Shown here: in pieces, positions 50,685 through 64,000 of the stretch
How the letters are laid out: every line of letters begins with the position of its first letter
How positions within the stretch are numbered: position 1 is the first letter of the stretch
Assembly (NCBI GenBank): GCA_043228905.1
Contig: JBHGNT010000016.1
Coordinates: forward strand, 12,462,001-12,526,000
Origin: Azolla caroliniana
Lineage: Eukaryota > Plantae > Polypodiophyta
Reading direction: 5' to 3'
DNA length: 64,000 nucleotides
Notes under the pieces: model-generated
The model's input: the letters and a program-made list of their open reading frames with translations, nothing else
Told to the model about the DNA's origin: nothing
Databases searched by the model: none
Position numbers and translations under genes: made by a program

Positions 50685-51856
50685 CTTGACTATGAAGACG
50701 CCGACTCCCTTAATCTGAAGATCGACTTGTTAAAGATTCATGTGGTCCTGAATCTTTTAATGTTGCCATCGAGACTTCAAAAAATCTTATAGCAACATTA
50801 AGACCATATATTCGAGGTCGCATAACTCTGAGGGATGTGTGGCCATCTCTAATGAAGACCCCACAAAAGGTCTCAAAGATGCAGTTGAGACCGGCGAAGA
50901 AAAAGGTCTCAAAGATGTCAGAGTCTGAATCATCAAGTTCAACGGATGGTAAGGAAACTCGGGCCACACCAGGTGCTGAGCTAGCGAAACAAGATTCGAA
51001 GAGAGATAATGCAAAAGAAATTGGTGAGAAAAGGTCAAGTCTTCAATTTGCCTATAACACACATCCATAGGCAAGCAATAAATGTTAATACAGGATGAAG
51101 ACCACTTGAGATTAGAGACCCACATGCCACAATTGTACCATTTATCGTAATGGTGGATCGTGACAAATGTGCTTCAATTGAGTTTTTTGATGTGAGAAAG
51201 CATGACTAATATAATTACTTTGTAATTGGTGGGTCACATTCTATTGAAGCACGGCGGGAACTTGTAAGAGAACACCCAACCACTTTTTTCTTCAAGTATG
51301 CCGAGTGTAAAATATATGTGGGCCTCACAACTGAAGAGGCAAAACTCTTGGCCTGGGACCACAACAATGACGACTACCATAAAAAAATGGCGTCCATCGA
51401 GCGGATAAGGTTCTTCCACCATGAGTACTTGGATGTCAAACGAAAGTTTCGGTGTAAAGCTTCACCCCAGACTATGTCGTCAATGTCTTCATGAGGTCAA
51501 CATTGTTGTTGACGATAATGTTAAGTCAGATGGTCTTCGTAAGTACGAGCCATGGTTTCAACTAGCCTTTAGAGATGGGGAAGCTTGGGACTTCAAGATC
51601 AAATTTTTTCAATGTGGGAGAATAAGGATGTTAAGGGTCAACGACAAAAGAAATGTAGAGTAGCCCCCCAGCTCGACTTGAAATCAACAACGGTGAAGAA
51701 AATTGACCTCACAATTGAAGAAGTGGTCGACGACATGAAGTTGTCTCTGTGGAGAGCAATGGAAGGCATAAAGGATGAGCAGCTATTGGTGTCAGTATTG
51801 TCAAGGGTTGTGGCCAAAGAATTGAGCCTAGAGGAGATGGTCATTGAGTTCCAGAA
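50685..51856 (+). pseudogene. Continuation of the older ParB-methyltransferase gene (ParB-like region)
   Basis: LDYEDADS, VIGGSHSIEARRELVREHP..FKYAECKIYVGLTTEEAKLLAWDHNND, DGLRKYEPWFQLAFR, VLSRVVAKELSLEEM..QK|gtaagt; same intron position as ~17632. Confidence 0.88.
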
Positions 51857-51919
51857 GTAAGTATTGTCAAATAGTTAAATGTAATAGTTATAATTTATAT
51901 AAAGTTCTAATCTCTATTC

Positions 51920-53950
51920 ACAGCCACATGGCCATCACGAGTTTCAACGTAGCCCATGTGGTAGTGTGATTTAGGTCAAACATGTAAGAAACAGATAGCA
52001 CTATTTGCCGCAAAAATGTAGACGTTTATTGTATTTTTCTAAAGACAGATACCAATACCCTATTCATTCTATGTACCATCATTTCTTGTGCAAACCCGGA
52101 CTTGAACCAGAGACCTCTGGTGTGTTAGAGTAGCGTGATAACCAACTACACTATCTGCAAATATTGAGAATAACTAGCTTGGATCGATGAATAAAAGACT
52201 AATCTCAATGGAAAATCCATATGGTAATTCGAAAAGAATAAGTTAAAACATTATTGTTGTTGTAGTCAACAAGATTATGTGTCCAAACGCGGACTTGAAC
52301 CTGAGACCTCTAGTTTGTGAGATTAGCATGATAAACAACTACACCATCTGGACCGATTTGCCATTACTAATTTAATAGTTTGACATGTATTTGTTAATTA
52401 GACCGAGCGATTGGCATGTAACACTGACATTGCCATAACGACAATGTAAATTTTGCATGTGGTGGTAAGATTTACCTTATATGTGCAGGACTTGCAGTTC
52501 ATTTAACATAATACTTGACTATATCGACATCATTACAATCAGGCAACCATCCAAAGAATAATAGTTATAATTTTAGTCAATCTAAATAACACTTCTCTTG
52601 TCCAAATGTAGACTGTAACCAGAAACCTCTAATGTGTTAGAGTAACATGAAAATCAACTACACCATCTAAACATATCAACGATGACTATTTATCTTTGTT
52701 AATTAATCTTGGTGCAATAACGATTGAAGAATACAGTGTTCTTAGAGGAATTTCAAGCTATCATTTCTTGGTAAAAGAATAGTTCAAAATATACAAATCA
52801 ACCCGGACTCAAATTGAAGACCTCTAGTGTGGAAATCTAGCGTTATAACCATCTACACCATGTAGAAGAAATAGTGAATATCGCTCAATTTCATGCATTC
52901 TGATGAATGTGATACTCTCACTGAAACGATGTCACAACTACATGGCCATCATAAGTTTCAATGCATCCCATGTAGTTGTGGCATTTAGGTGAAACAAGTC
53001 TCTAGAAAGAAACAACAGTAATTGACACAAGAAATCAACATGTAGATTTTCTTGGCTTAAGGTACATGCATGAGTTGCACTTAGTTTTACTAGATATATT
53101 CCAATTCTATAAAGATAGATACCAATTCTTCTAATCATTCTATGTAACCTTTTTTGTTCTCCAAACCCATACTCGACTCGAAGACCTCTAGTGTGTAAGA
53201 CTAACGTGATAGACAACTACATTATCTGGACCTAATTGTCAAAACCGATGTCAAAACTACATGGCTATTACGAGTTTCAATGTATCCCATGTGGTAGTGG
53301 CATTTAGCTCAAACAAGTCTCTTGAGAGAGAAACATATAGCCGTAATTGACACAAGAAATGAACACGTCGATTTTCTTGGCTTAATGTACATGCCTGAGA
53401 TCCACTTAGTTCCACTAAATATATTTATATATAGTAATTCTTCTACTCATTATACATAACATTTTTAGTTTTCCAAACATGGAGTGAAACCGAAGACCTC
53501 TAGTGTGTAAGACTAGAGTCAAACATGTCAGAAATAGATAGCACTATTTGACGCAATCATGTAGACGTTGATTTTCTTGCTTATATTGTATTTTTCTAAA
53601 AACAAATACCAATTATTCTATGTATCATCTTTTCTTGTCCAAACCCAGACTTGAACTATAGACCTCTACTGTGTTAGACTAGCGTGATAACCAACTACAC
53701 TATCTGGAAATATTGAGAATAACTAGCTTGGATCTATGAATAAAAGACGGACCTCAATGGAAATTGCATATGCCAATTGAAAAAGAGTAAGTTAAAACAT
53801 TATTGTTGTTATAATCGACAAGATTATGTGTTCAAACCCGGACTCGAACCGGAGACCTCTAGTGTGTGAGACTAGTGTGATAACCAATGACACCATCTGG
53901 ACTGATTTGCCATTACTAATTTAATAGTTTGACATGTATTTGTTAATTAG
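51920..53950 (-). repeat. Tandem array of degenerate tRNA-Val copies
   Basis: Copies at ~52087, 52280, 52599, 52795, 53158, 53470 (partial), 53636 and 53829; two blocks recur at a 1549-bp offset. Confidence 0.85.
53829..53902 (-). tRNA. tRNA-Val(CAC), probably a pseudogene (best-preserved copy)
   Basis: GTCCAGATGGTGTCATTGGTTATCACACTAGTCTCACACACTAGAGGTCTCCGGTTCGAGTCCGGGTTTGAACA: anticodon stem CTAGT/ACTAG, GGTTCGAGTCC B-box, mismatches in the D and acceptor stems. Confidence 0.7.
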
Positions 53951-56900
53951 TGTAAAGAATCGGATATGATTCTTGTGAAGCGGAAGAGATGTGAGTTATG
54001 TGTGTGTATGAGAGAGAGAGAGAGTGAGTGAGAGAGACAAGGAGTAAGACACACAGAATACGCAATGTAAAAGTATATTAACAAAGGAGAAAGACTCAAC
54101 AAATACAAGGTGGGAGGAGGGTGCTTTATATAGTCACCCTCTCTCTTCATTAATTACAAGACTCATGGAGCATGGGGAATGTGAAAGCTCATAAGTTATG
54201 TGTCATAGAATATGATTCTATGACTCATACTAAATGCTAGAATACAAAGAGGTGACATAATGGTGACTCTTGACCGTTGGAGTGTCTATTCACTCTCAAG
54301 GTGAGTTCACACACTAGACCAAGTTGAGCTTGATTCTCAACACGCCTCCTCAGGCTCAAGTTGGGTCGATTTCAGACGGTATCCGAAATCCGCTTCAACT
54401 CGCGTTGCGGAGTTGCGGAATCCGTGCTCTAGCTTGCGTTGTGCGTAGTTGCGAACTCTGTGCTTCGGCTTGCGTCTTTTGGTGTTGCGCGGTTGCGTAA
54501 TCCACGCGTTATTGCGTAATGTGTGTGGTTTGTGGAATCCACGCATTATTGCGTAATGTCTTTAGTACTCCCCCTCAAGCTTGGCAGGTCAGGGATCGTC
54601 AATCCGAGATCGGTCATGAATTGCCATAGCTTATCGGCTCCCAAGGCTTTAGTGAAGATGTCAGCCGTTTGAAGATTGGTGCTAATGTGTTGTAGGTCGA
54701 CATCACTAGCTAGAACTCGCTCTTGGATGAAGTCATAGTGCACTTCGATGTGCTTTGTCTGCGCGTGGAACACCGGGTTCCGAGCCAAATAGATACTGCT
54801 CATGTTGTCGTAGTAAAGGGAAGTCAGATCCTTGATGGGTACGCCCAGATCCTTGAGTATCCTTTTGAGCCATACAGCTGCACATGCTGCCACTGCCGCA
54901 CCCCTATATTCTGCCTCTGTGCTCGAAAGAGTGACGATTGGTTGCTTTTTGCTGCTCCAGGATATTGCTGCGCTGCCGAGGGAGAAAACAAATCCGGAGG
55001 TTGATCTTCTACCGGCGTTGTAGCTGGCCCAATCGACGTCTCTGTACCCCTCGAGTCGTATTGGCATCGCGGTCTTGTAGAGGATGCCGCAATCCATTGT
55101 GCCGCTCACGTATCGTAGAACTCGCTTAGCACAATCCAAGTGAGTATCACACGGTGTTTGCATGAATTGGCTAAGGAGATCGACCAGATAACTTAGATCG
55201 GGTTCGAGTGATTGTGAGGTTGATGAGACTCCCGATGAGTTGCCGATACTGAGTCGGTTCACACGCTTTGGTGCCGGAGTTCGCATCGAGTTTGAGATTG
55301 CGATCGAGCGGGGTTGCCGCGGATTTGCACTCAGCCATACCGAACTAGTATAACAAGTTGAGGATGTAGTGTCGTTGAGAAATCATGATTCCGGCCGGAG
55401 TCCGAATTACCTCGATGCCGAGGAAGTAGTGGAGCTCCTTCATGTCCGTCATCTCGAACTTGTCGAAAAGGAGGGATTTGACCTTATTGATTTCGACCAG
55501 ATGCTCCCCTCCAATGACTAGGTCATCCACATATAAGATTATGACGATCGGACTTGCGAACTCGCTTCGTATGTAGAGGGAGTTGTTCGATTTTGACATA
55601 CGGAAGCCGATTTGATGAAGATATTGCGTTATCTTCGAATGCCAAGCATGCGATGCTTGCTTGAGGTCGTAGAGTGGCTTCTTGAGTCGTCATACAACTT
55701 TCGGATGGGTGCTCGAGTTGCAGCCGGGTGGTTGTATCATGTACACCTCCTCTTCTAATTCGCCTTGTAGGAAGGCGTTCTTGACGTCCATTTGATGGAG
55801 GTGCCACCCTTTCGTCGCAGCAACCGCGATTACAGTCCGCACCGTTGTCATCTTTGCCACCGGGGCAAAGGTCTCCTTGTAGTCAACTCCGTGCGTTTGG
55901 GCGTAGCCTTTTGCTACGAGTCGCGCTTTGTAGCGGTTGACGGAACCGTCGGCGTTTTACTTCACTTTGTAAATCCATCTGCATCTGATTGCCTTTTTGT
56001 GTGGTGAGGTGGGAACGAGATCCCACGTCTCGTTCTTGCGTAGTGCTTGCATCTCTTCGTTCATGGATTCGATCCATCGCGGATCCTTGGCTACTTCAGA
56101 AAAGGTTTCCGGCTCCCGTACTATTGCTACCTTCATCATAAAGGCGTAATGGTACGCCATATAATCGTTGTAGTCGAATCGGTTTACGGGGTTCTTTTCA
56201 CGAGTGGATCGGTGGAGCTTTTCATTTGCAGAGATAAGGGCTTTCTTAGCTCCGATTGGTACATCGAAGCCACCGAACTCACTGTCAAGTGAGTGAGTCG
56301 ACTCATCGTCCTCGAAGTGATCGTCTGTGTATCCCGCCATTTTCGCCTTGCCTTTGTCCATCTTCGGGCTAGGCCGTGATGTGCTTTGATCGCTCAAAGG
56401 CTCTTGTGGTCCGCTTAGTCGGGTCGTGATCGGACTTTCTTCGAACATGCGCGTAAGGCGATCTTCATCCTCTATCTCTTGTTCGGCGGATTCTGGGTCG
56501 AGCGAAGTCAGAGTCGAAGTTGTCTCTGGTGCGTACCAGGATGCGGACTCGTCAAAAACGACATCTTGACTTACTCGAGATTTTCGAGTTGAGGGGTTGT
56601 AGCACTTGTACCCCTTTTGCTCCAATGAGTATCCTACAAGGATACATTTCTCCGACTTCGGATCAAGCTTTTGACGCTTCTCGTCGGGGATGTCCACGTA
56701 CGTTTATTGCGCCGAATATCCGGGTGTGCGATAAGTCTGGCTTCTTTTCGAAGTATTTTTCGTGCGGAGTGACCTCGTGCACACTGAATGTAGTGCACTG
56801 ATTCATTAGGTAGAGGGCCGTATTTGCAGCTTTGGCCCAATATGACTTCGGCATATGCTTCTCGTTCATCATGGGCCACGCTACTTCGAGGATGTGCTGA

Positions 56901-59900
56901 TTTTTATGCTCGGCTACTCTGTTTTGTTGCGGAGTGTGTCGGCAAGTGAATTCTCGCCGAATTGCTTCCTTTCGGAGATACGCCGTGAAATCGTCCGAGA
57001 AGTACTCCTTGACGCCATCCGATCGAAGATAATGTACATGTCGGCCCGTGGCTTTCTCGACTTCATTCTTGAATTTTCGGAAGTGTCCGAACACTTCGCT
57101 CTTTTGCCGCATCAGGTAGATCCAAGTGTGCTTGGAGAAGTCGTCGATGAAGAGCATCCGCCGAATGTAGCCGTCTGCGCCGGTCCCCATATGTCGGAAT
57201 GGACTACGTCGAGTAGACCTTTCCTCACGTTCCGCTCATTCGGGAATGGGTGTCAGTGTTGCTTGCCGATATTGGCACGCTTCGCATACACCTTCAATCT
57301 CCTTCTCTTTGAATGTTGGGAGTCCGATGACGACTCCTTTCGGTTTCATTGCTTTGAGTTTGTTGGGATTGATGTGGCCGATTTGCTTGTGCCACAGCTC
57401 TATGTTGGAGTCGGCTTTCATGCCCTTTGCGAACATGGCCGATTTCATCTCGTGTGAGTCGAGAATGAACATTCAGCCCTCTCTTCATCCGTGTGCAGTG
57501 AGTCAGCCCTCTTTTTCGATGAAGCAACCGCCTTGATTAAATCGAACTTGCATCGTGATAGGGGGTTTAAGACAAAGGATAATCTTACACTATATGAGGG
57601 CTTGACCAAACCGGTTAGATGGAGTTGTGACTCATAATATATTATATAGATCAAGAGAGATTCAAGAAATTAAGAAAGGAAGATAGAGAAGATGAGAAAG
57701 AGATAATATTGTTATGATATTCCAACATCAAGACAATACAAAGGAGATAAACTCCACATTCAACTAAGAAACCAAAGACCTTCTTACTACCAATCACTCA
57801 AAAACCACAATTAAGACCCTTCCTCTTTCACTAAGATTTCTCTTCCTAAGACTCCCTCTCCTCTATTAGGATACTCTCACTATTTGTCCCTTTTTTTATT
57901 AGTCCTTCCACTTCTTCTTTTATAATTTTCTTCTTCTTCCTCGTTCACGCTATTTTTAGAAGCTTTTTATCTCCTATTTTTAGCTAAGACCCAACGACCT
58001 TCTAATCGTCATATCTCCCTCATCATAGCTCCAAATTCAGTGATTTAAAAATCTATAGATAGCTCTCTGTACAAGCTTTCTAACCCATATTCAGTGGTCA
58101 CACACGAAGGAGTTATGACCATTCCTTTTTTATTGTTTTTTATGGTCCGCTTTTTCTCTTTTTACTTTTCTCTTGGTCTCGTACTTTTACTTTTGACTTC
58201 TTCCTAAAGTCTTGTTTCGTGTTCTTAGCCTCCAAATGTGAGTTATCCATACTTTATAGTCTTCTAATGTTCAATGGCTTAGATTCTAAAAACACTTTCA
58301 CATTTAGCCCTTCCCCTTGCTAGAGGCTAAGCCATTTATGGCGAAGCACTTAATGGTAGTACCTAACAAACGAAAGCTCTCTCGCCAATCTCTTGGCTAT
58401 AGAGAAAATGAGAGAGATATAATAAAAAAGAAAATAAAAAGATGTGAGTAAAACCCCCGCTAATTGGTAGGAAGAACCTCACACTTCTAAACACACACTC
58501 ACGCACACGGACATTGACAATTGCCATCACCATCTTTCTCCTTGTCAACACAAAGAGAGAGGTTACTACAATTATTATGTCTTTGTCAACTCTCCATACA
58601 CAAGTAGGGCCATGGGATACATAACTCTTGATAGAATTAAGCATGTCAACATATGAATGAATCTTTCGAGTGAGCGAACCTTTTGCACAAATACCTTCAA
58701 AGCTTCGAGACTTGTTAGAATGATTATCTTTTGAAGTTCGTTGATCTTTGAATCATCCACATCTTCTTGGCACAACACATTGTCCACACTACCTCGCTTT
58801 TTATAAGTGACCATTTTATCTACAATCTCATCTTGGAAAGGAAGTGAAATTTGATCTCGTTTCAAATTGATCTCATTCTTCTTTGGAACCAAAACTATAG
58901 GTGACACACACTTAAAATCTTCCATCTTATAATTGGAACTTTCTTGTAACCATGCGTTGAACTCTTGCATAAATTCTTCCGTTTGTTCAACACTCAATTT
59001 CCGAAGCTTTGGGGAAATTGATACACTTTCCTTCAAGTTGATGTGGTATTTGTTGCAAGCTTCTCCTCTTATCCCAAAACACTTGATGAACACATCCCTC
59101 CACTAAGCTTGTGCAATGCACCACTCCACTATCTACTACAACCACCCTTGCTGAAGATGACCTACTAATAGGAATTCCCACTTTGTTTACTACAAATTCA
59201 GAAATCAAGCTTACCCTAGCACCACTATCAACCGAGGTATCTTTAAAGTTAAACCCTTTGATGGAGACCGGAATGGTTGGATGTATGTCCTTTCGATCTT
59301 CTGCTCGCACGATCCCCACATAATGCACGGTCTTCCTACTTTGGCTGATACTTGCAAGCCGCCCCCACTCCTTTCGTAATGTGGGAGATAATTGGAGAAG
59401 TTGCGGCCATGTTATCCTTGGTCCACTTGATATCAACTCATGCTTCAAATTGAAAGCCTCTACACCTTCACCCATAGGAATGTCCTCCATCTTGATCTTC
59501 CTTCTAAAGTGTCTCGTTCTCAATTTCTCCTCTTTCTCATCCTCCTTAGACTTCTTCTTTTCTCTCGAGGCACTAGATTCTCCATCAAATTATTTCTCCT
59601 TTTGCGAGGTTCTTGCCCTTTTCACAAGAGCTACTTCACAAGCACTATCACTATCATCAATAAAATTAAGAAGATTCACATTATGAGGAATTGTAGGAAC
59701 TTGAGCCATAGGAAGTGTTATGGATTCGCCTCCTTCGACTCCATTGTTGATAGCTCATTGTCCGTTCCATTGCACTTGATACATGCCTCTTCCCATACCT
59801 CTTTGTTGGCACGAGGCATTAAATTTGCACCCAAAGCCGTCATTTGGAGGTACCCCATGGAACTCATCATCTTCACTTGTCGATCATAACCTTGACAAAC

Positions 59901-62900
59901 TTGGAGAAGAGCTTGAAAAGTAGTTGGATCCTTCAATCTTGCCTCCAAACGGAAATGCATGTCAAGGCCCATCTCGAATCGTTCCATCTTAAACCAATCA
60001 TCTTCGATGCCACCACGAAGACGAATCCACATCATCCACAAATCCTTGAAATTTCTTTCATATTATATGAAACCAAAAGGTGATTCCATCTTTAGTCGAA
60101 AAAGCTCCTCTCTTACTTCTGTTTCACTTCGCAATGGAATGTATCTAGAACGAAACTGGTGTACCAACAATTGATATTCTCCTTGTTCATTTGGTGGAAG
60201 AGAGTCATACCAATCTCGAGCTCGACCATAGAATGTAGCTACCAACAAGGGAAACTTTTCACTGTCGGCGACGCGTCCAATAGAGATAGCATGATGCTCA
60301 AAGGATGCCAAAAAGGCACCAGCATCTTGTGTTCTTTCACCCGAAAACGCGAATTGCATAGCGAAGTTAATGTAGTATAGTAACACAAAGAAGGATAAGT
60401 TCTCCCTCCTATACGGAAAGGATCGGCCCTCCCTGGAGTGCCAAAATGATAGGGGGTTTAAGACAAAGGATAATCTTACACTATATGAGGGCTTGAACAA
60501 ACCGGTTAGATGGAGTTATAACTCATAATATATTATATAGATCAAGAGAGACTCAAGAAATTAAGAAATTAAGATAGAGAAGATGAGAAAGAGATAATAT
60601 TGTTATGATATTCCAACATCAAGACAATACAAAGGAGATAAACTCCACATTCAACTAAGAAACCAAAGACCTTCTTACTACCAATCACTCAAAAACCACA
60701 ATTAAGACCCTTCCTCTTTCACTAAGATTTCTCTTCCTAAGACTCCCTCTCCTCTATTAGGATCCTCTCCCTATTAGTCCCTTTTTTAATTAGTCCCTCC
60801 ACTTCTTCTTTTATAATTTTCTTCTTCTTCCTCGTTCACGCTATTTTTAGAAGCTTTTTATCTCCTATTTTTAGCTAAGACCCAGCGACCTTTTAACCGT
60901 CATATCTCCCTCATCATAGCTCCAAATTTAGTGATTTAAATCTATAGATAGCTCTCTTTACAAGCTTTCTAACCCATATTTAAACATAATATTTGGGTCA
61001 CACACGAAGGAGTTATAACCATTCCTTTTTTACTGTTTTTTATGGTCCGCTTTTTCTCTTTTTACTTTTCTCTTGGTCTCGTACTTTTACTTTTGACTTC
61101 TTCCTAAGGTCTTGGTTCGTGTTCTTAGCCTCCAAATGTGAGTTATCCATACTTTATAGTCTTCTAATGTTCAATGGCTTAGATTCTAAAAACACTTTCA
61201 CACATCCCTTGCTCTACAATTTGGCCGACGGAGACCAAATTCTTCGTAATGGTCGGTACATGCAAGACATTTTTAATGTAATTTTGCTTACCTTCTTTTC
61301 CGAACGGAACATTGCCGATGTGCTGAATCGGGTGCATAGTGTTGTCTCCAGTTTCGACATAGCCGGGTCAGTCCGGCTCTCGAAGATCTCGGAACCATTC
61401 TTGATGCGATGTCATATGGTTCGAGGCATCGGAATCAACAAACCATACGTCTTCCGGACCGGAGGTACTAGTTGAGGTAGAGGCCGACATAGAGTTTGCT
61501 CTATGTTTCATCATGAACATTCCGCCACGGTCGGAGTTGAGTGCATACATTCTGCCACAATCTTCGTAGTCGGGGTTGTGCCCGTACATTCCGCCATGGT
61601 CGGAGTTTTGTGCATACATTCCGCCACGATCTTTGTAGTCGGAGTTGTGCGCGTAATTCGTGAGTTATCGGCTTGTGGAAGCCGTTTTGCGCATCTTCTT
61701 TCGGCACTCTTCTTCGTGGTGGCCGAGCTTTCCGCAATATCTACATTTGGTTGCGTTTTGAAAGCTCGGGCCAAAGCGGAAGCTCCCCCTTCTTGCGAAG
61801 GTTCCTCGTTGGCTTCCCTTTTGTGGTCGAAATTGGGAGTTGTTGTCGTAGGTCGGACCTCGTCCGCCTTGTCCTTGGCTGAATCAGCCTCTCGCTCATC
61901 CGTGTCCTCTTCCTCCATTCGAGTGCGTGTAGAGCATGTGGCCTTCCGACTCATTGCTCCTTGTACACACATGGTTTTCTTTGACCAATAGCATTGATTG
62001 GAGCTCGAAGAAGGAGGGAGATTTCTCCCTTGCTAGAACAGCGGTTCGCATCGCGCCGAACCGTGGTGTGAGGCTGCCGAGGCATATTTGCACCATCTCA
62101 TCATCATCTATACTTACGCTTATCGAGTTGAGCGAGTCGCAAAGCTCCTTGATCTTCAAGGTGTATGTCGTGATGGACATGTCCCTTTGTTGATTGTTGT
62201 TCAACTCTTGGCAGAGTTGAAGCCTTCTTGCGGTTGTGTTCGGCGCGAAAATCTTCCGTAGGTTTTCCCATGCCTCCTTCGGCGTCTTGGCTTCGCGAAT
62301 GTAGCTAAGCATGTGATCGTGAACACATGTCGCCAAGCAATACGTCACGCGGCTTGCGGCTTGCTCCCATGTCGTGTATCCGGGAACCGCTTCGGCAGGT
62401 CGGTCTTCATGCTCTCCTTTGATGTAGCTCCAATAGCCTTGTCCAACAAGATATTGGTGCATCTTGTACTCCCAAGATGCGAATTTGTTTCGATCCAACT
62501 TCTCGGTGGGGAGAGCGCTCCCCATTTGAGTATTCATTATGTCGATTCTTCTTCTTCTTCTTCTTCTCTCTTCGAATGCGAGCTATGTAGCGAAGCTACG
62601 ATAGCGATGAGCCGGTTCTTGGTCGTTGGCGTAGAGCACAACACACGATCATGATGAGGCGAATGGGCTACAACGAGCTACCAAATCGCTCTGATACCAT
62701 GTAATGAATCGGATATGATTCTTGTGAAGCGGAAGAGATGTGTTTTATGTGTGTGTATGAGAGAGAGAGAGAGTGTGTGAGAGAGACAAGGAGTAAGACA
62801 CAGAGAATACGCAATGTAAAAGTATATTACCAAAGGAGAAAGACTCAACAAATACAAGGTTGGAGGAGGGTGCTTTATATACTCACCCTCTCTCTTCATT

Positions 62901-63091
62901 AACTACAAGACTCATGGAGCATGGGGATTGTGGAAGCTCATAAGTTATGTGTCATAGAATATGATACTATGACTCATACTAAATGCTAGAATACAAAGCG
63001 GTGACATAATGGTGACTCTTGACCGTTGGAGTGTATATTCACTCTCAAGGTGAGTTCACACACTAGACCAAGTTGAGCTTGATTCTCAACA
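53951..63091 (-). mobile_element. Full-length decayed Ty1/copia element inserted in the tRNA-Val array
   Basis: 392-bp LTRs at 53951-54342 and 62700-63091, perfect TSD ATTAG, PBS gctctgatacca at 62688-62699. gag 61896..62537, protease WFVDSDAS, integrase, RT ILYVDDL, RNase H. Confidence 0.95.
57556..61202 (-). mobile_element. Non-autonomous gypsy-type LTR element nested in the copia
   Basis: LTRs at 57556-58302 and 60447-61202, TSD catcg/catcc, PBS-like TGGCACTCCAGGGAGGG. gag-like ORFs, protease VDSGARVSLI and a vestigial RT (VSPIVLVPKKN); no integrase. Confidence 0.9.
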
Positions 63092-63910
63092 ATTAGACCA
63101 AGCGATTGGCATGTAACACTGATATTTCCATAACAACTTTGTAAGTTTTCCAAGTGGTACTAAGATTTACTTTATAGAAGTCTTTTTGACTACAAAGGAT
63201 TTAAATTGTAAAAGATAGCACGAATGTAAGCAAGAAATTAAGAATTCTTTTTGCTTTGCTTAATATATATGCAATACTTGTAGTTAGTTTAACTTGATAC
63301 TTGACTATATCGATATCATTACAATCAGGCAACCATGCAAAGAACAATAGTTATAATTTTAGTCAGTCTAAATAGCACTTCTCTTGTCCAAAAGTAGACT
63401 ATAACCAGAGACCTCTAATGTGTTAGAGTAGCATGAAAATCAACTACACCATCTAAACATATCAACGATATCTATTTATCTAGTGTGTGAGACTAGTGTG
63501 ATAATCAACTCCACCATCTGGACCCATTTGTCATTACTAATTTAATAGTTTGAAATGAATTTGTTAATTAGAGCAAGCAATTGGCATGTCACACTGACAT
63601 TGACATAACGACTTTGTAAGTTTTCCAAGTGGTACTAAGATTTACTTTATAGAAGTCTTTTTGACTACATAGGATTTAAATTGTAAAAGATAGCACGAAT
63701 GGTAGCAAGAAATGAAGAATTCTTTTTGCTTTGCTTAATATATTTGCAGGACTTGCAGTTAGTTTAACTTAATACTTAAGTATATCTACATCGTTACAAT
63801 CAGCCAACCGTCCAATGAAGAAGTGCTATGATTTTAGTCAGTCTAAATTGCACTTCTCTTGTCCAAACGTAGACTATATCCGGAGACTTCCAATGTGTTA
63901 GAGTAGCATC
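63092..63910 (-). repeat. Continuation of the tRNA-Val-derived array
   Basis: tRNA-like copies at ~63385, 63481 (partial) and 63860 (partial); spacers match 52400-52700. Confidence 0.8.
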
Positions 63911-64000
63911 ATCGGGTAGGTTTGATGGTAAAGGCGTATCTCTAGGTAGTGATGGATGTCATATAGGAAATGTAAATATTGTATGTTACATCAATATGGC

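Overview
Eukaryotic (land-plant-like, probably moss; inference) heterochromatic window made almost entirely of nested transposable elements, with no convincing host housekeeping gene. The main find is a 7.6 kb cut-and-paste DNA transposon (15298-22932) with 33-bp terminal inverted repeats and an AAGT 4-bp target duplication. It carries two divergent genes: a Sola1-like DDD transposase ending in a BAH-like domain, and an intron-containing ParB-like plus beta-class amino (N4mC/N6mA) DNA methyltransferase of prokaryotic type. At least two older relatives of this element lie in the same window (1-904; 5603-6315 with 12819-13161 and 50685-51856). Also present: a decayed Sola2-like transposase and a RING-H2-like gene whose introns are filled with a TAGCTAATTAGCTA palindromic satellite; a very young intact Ty1/copia element (25898-31512); two older full copia elements; several Ty3/gypsy elements and derivatives, one spanning 13162-50680 around the nested pile; solo LTRs; and a tandem array of degenerate tRNA-Val copies. 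All family assignments come from motifs read by eye; no database searches were run.
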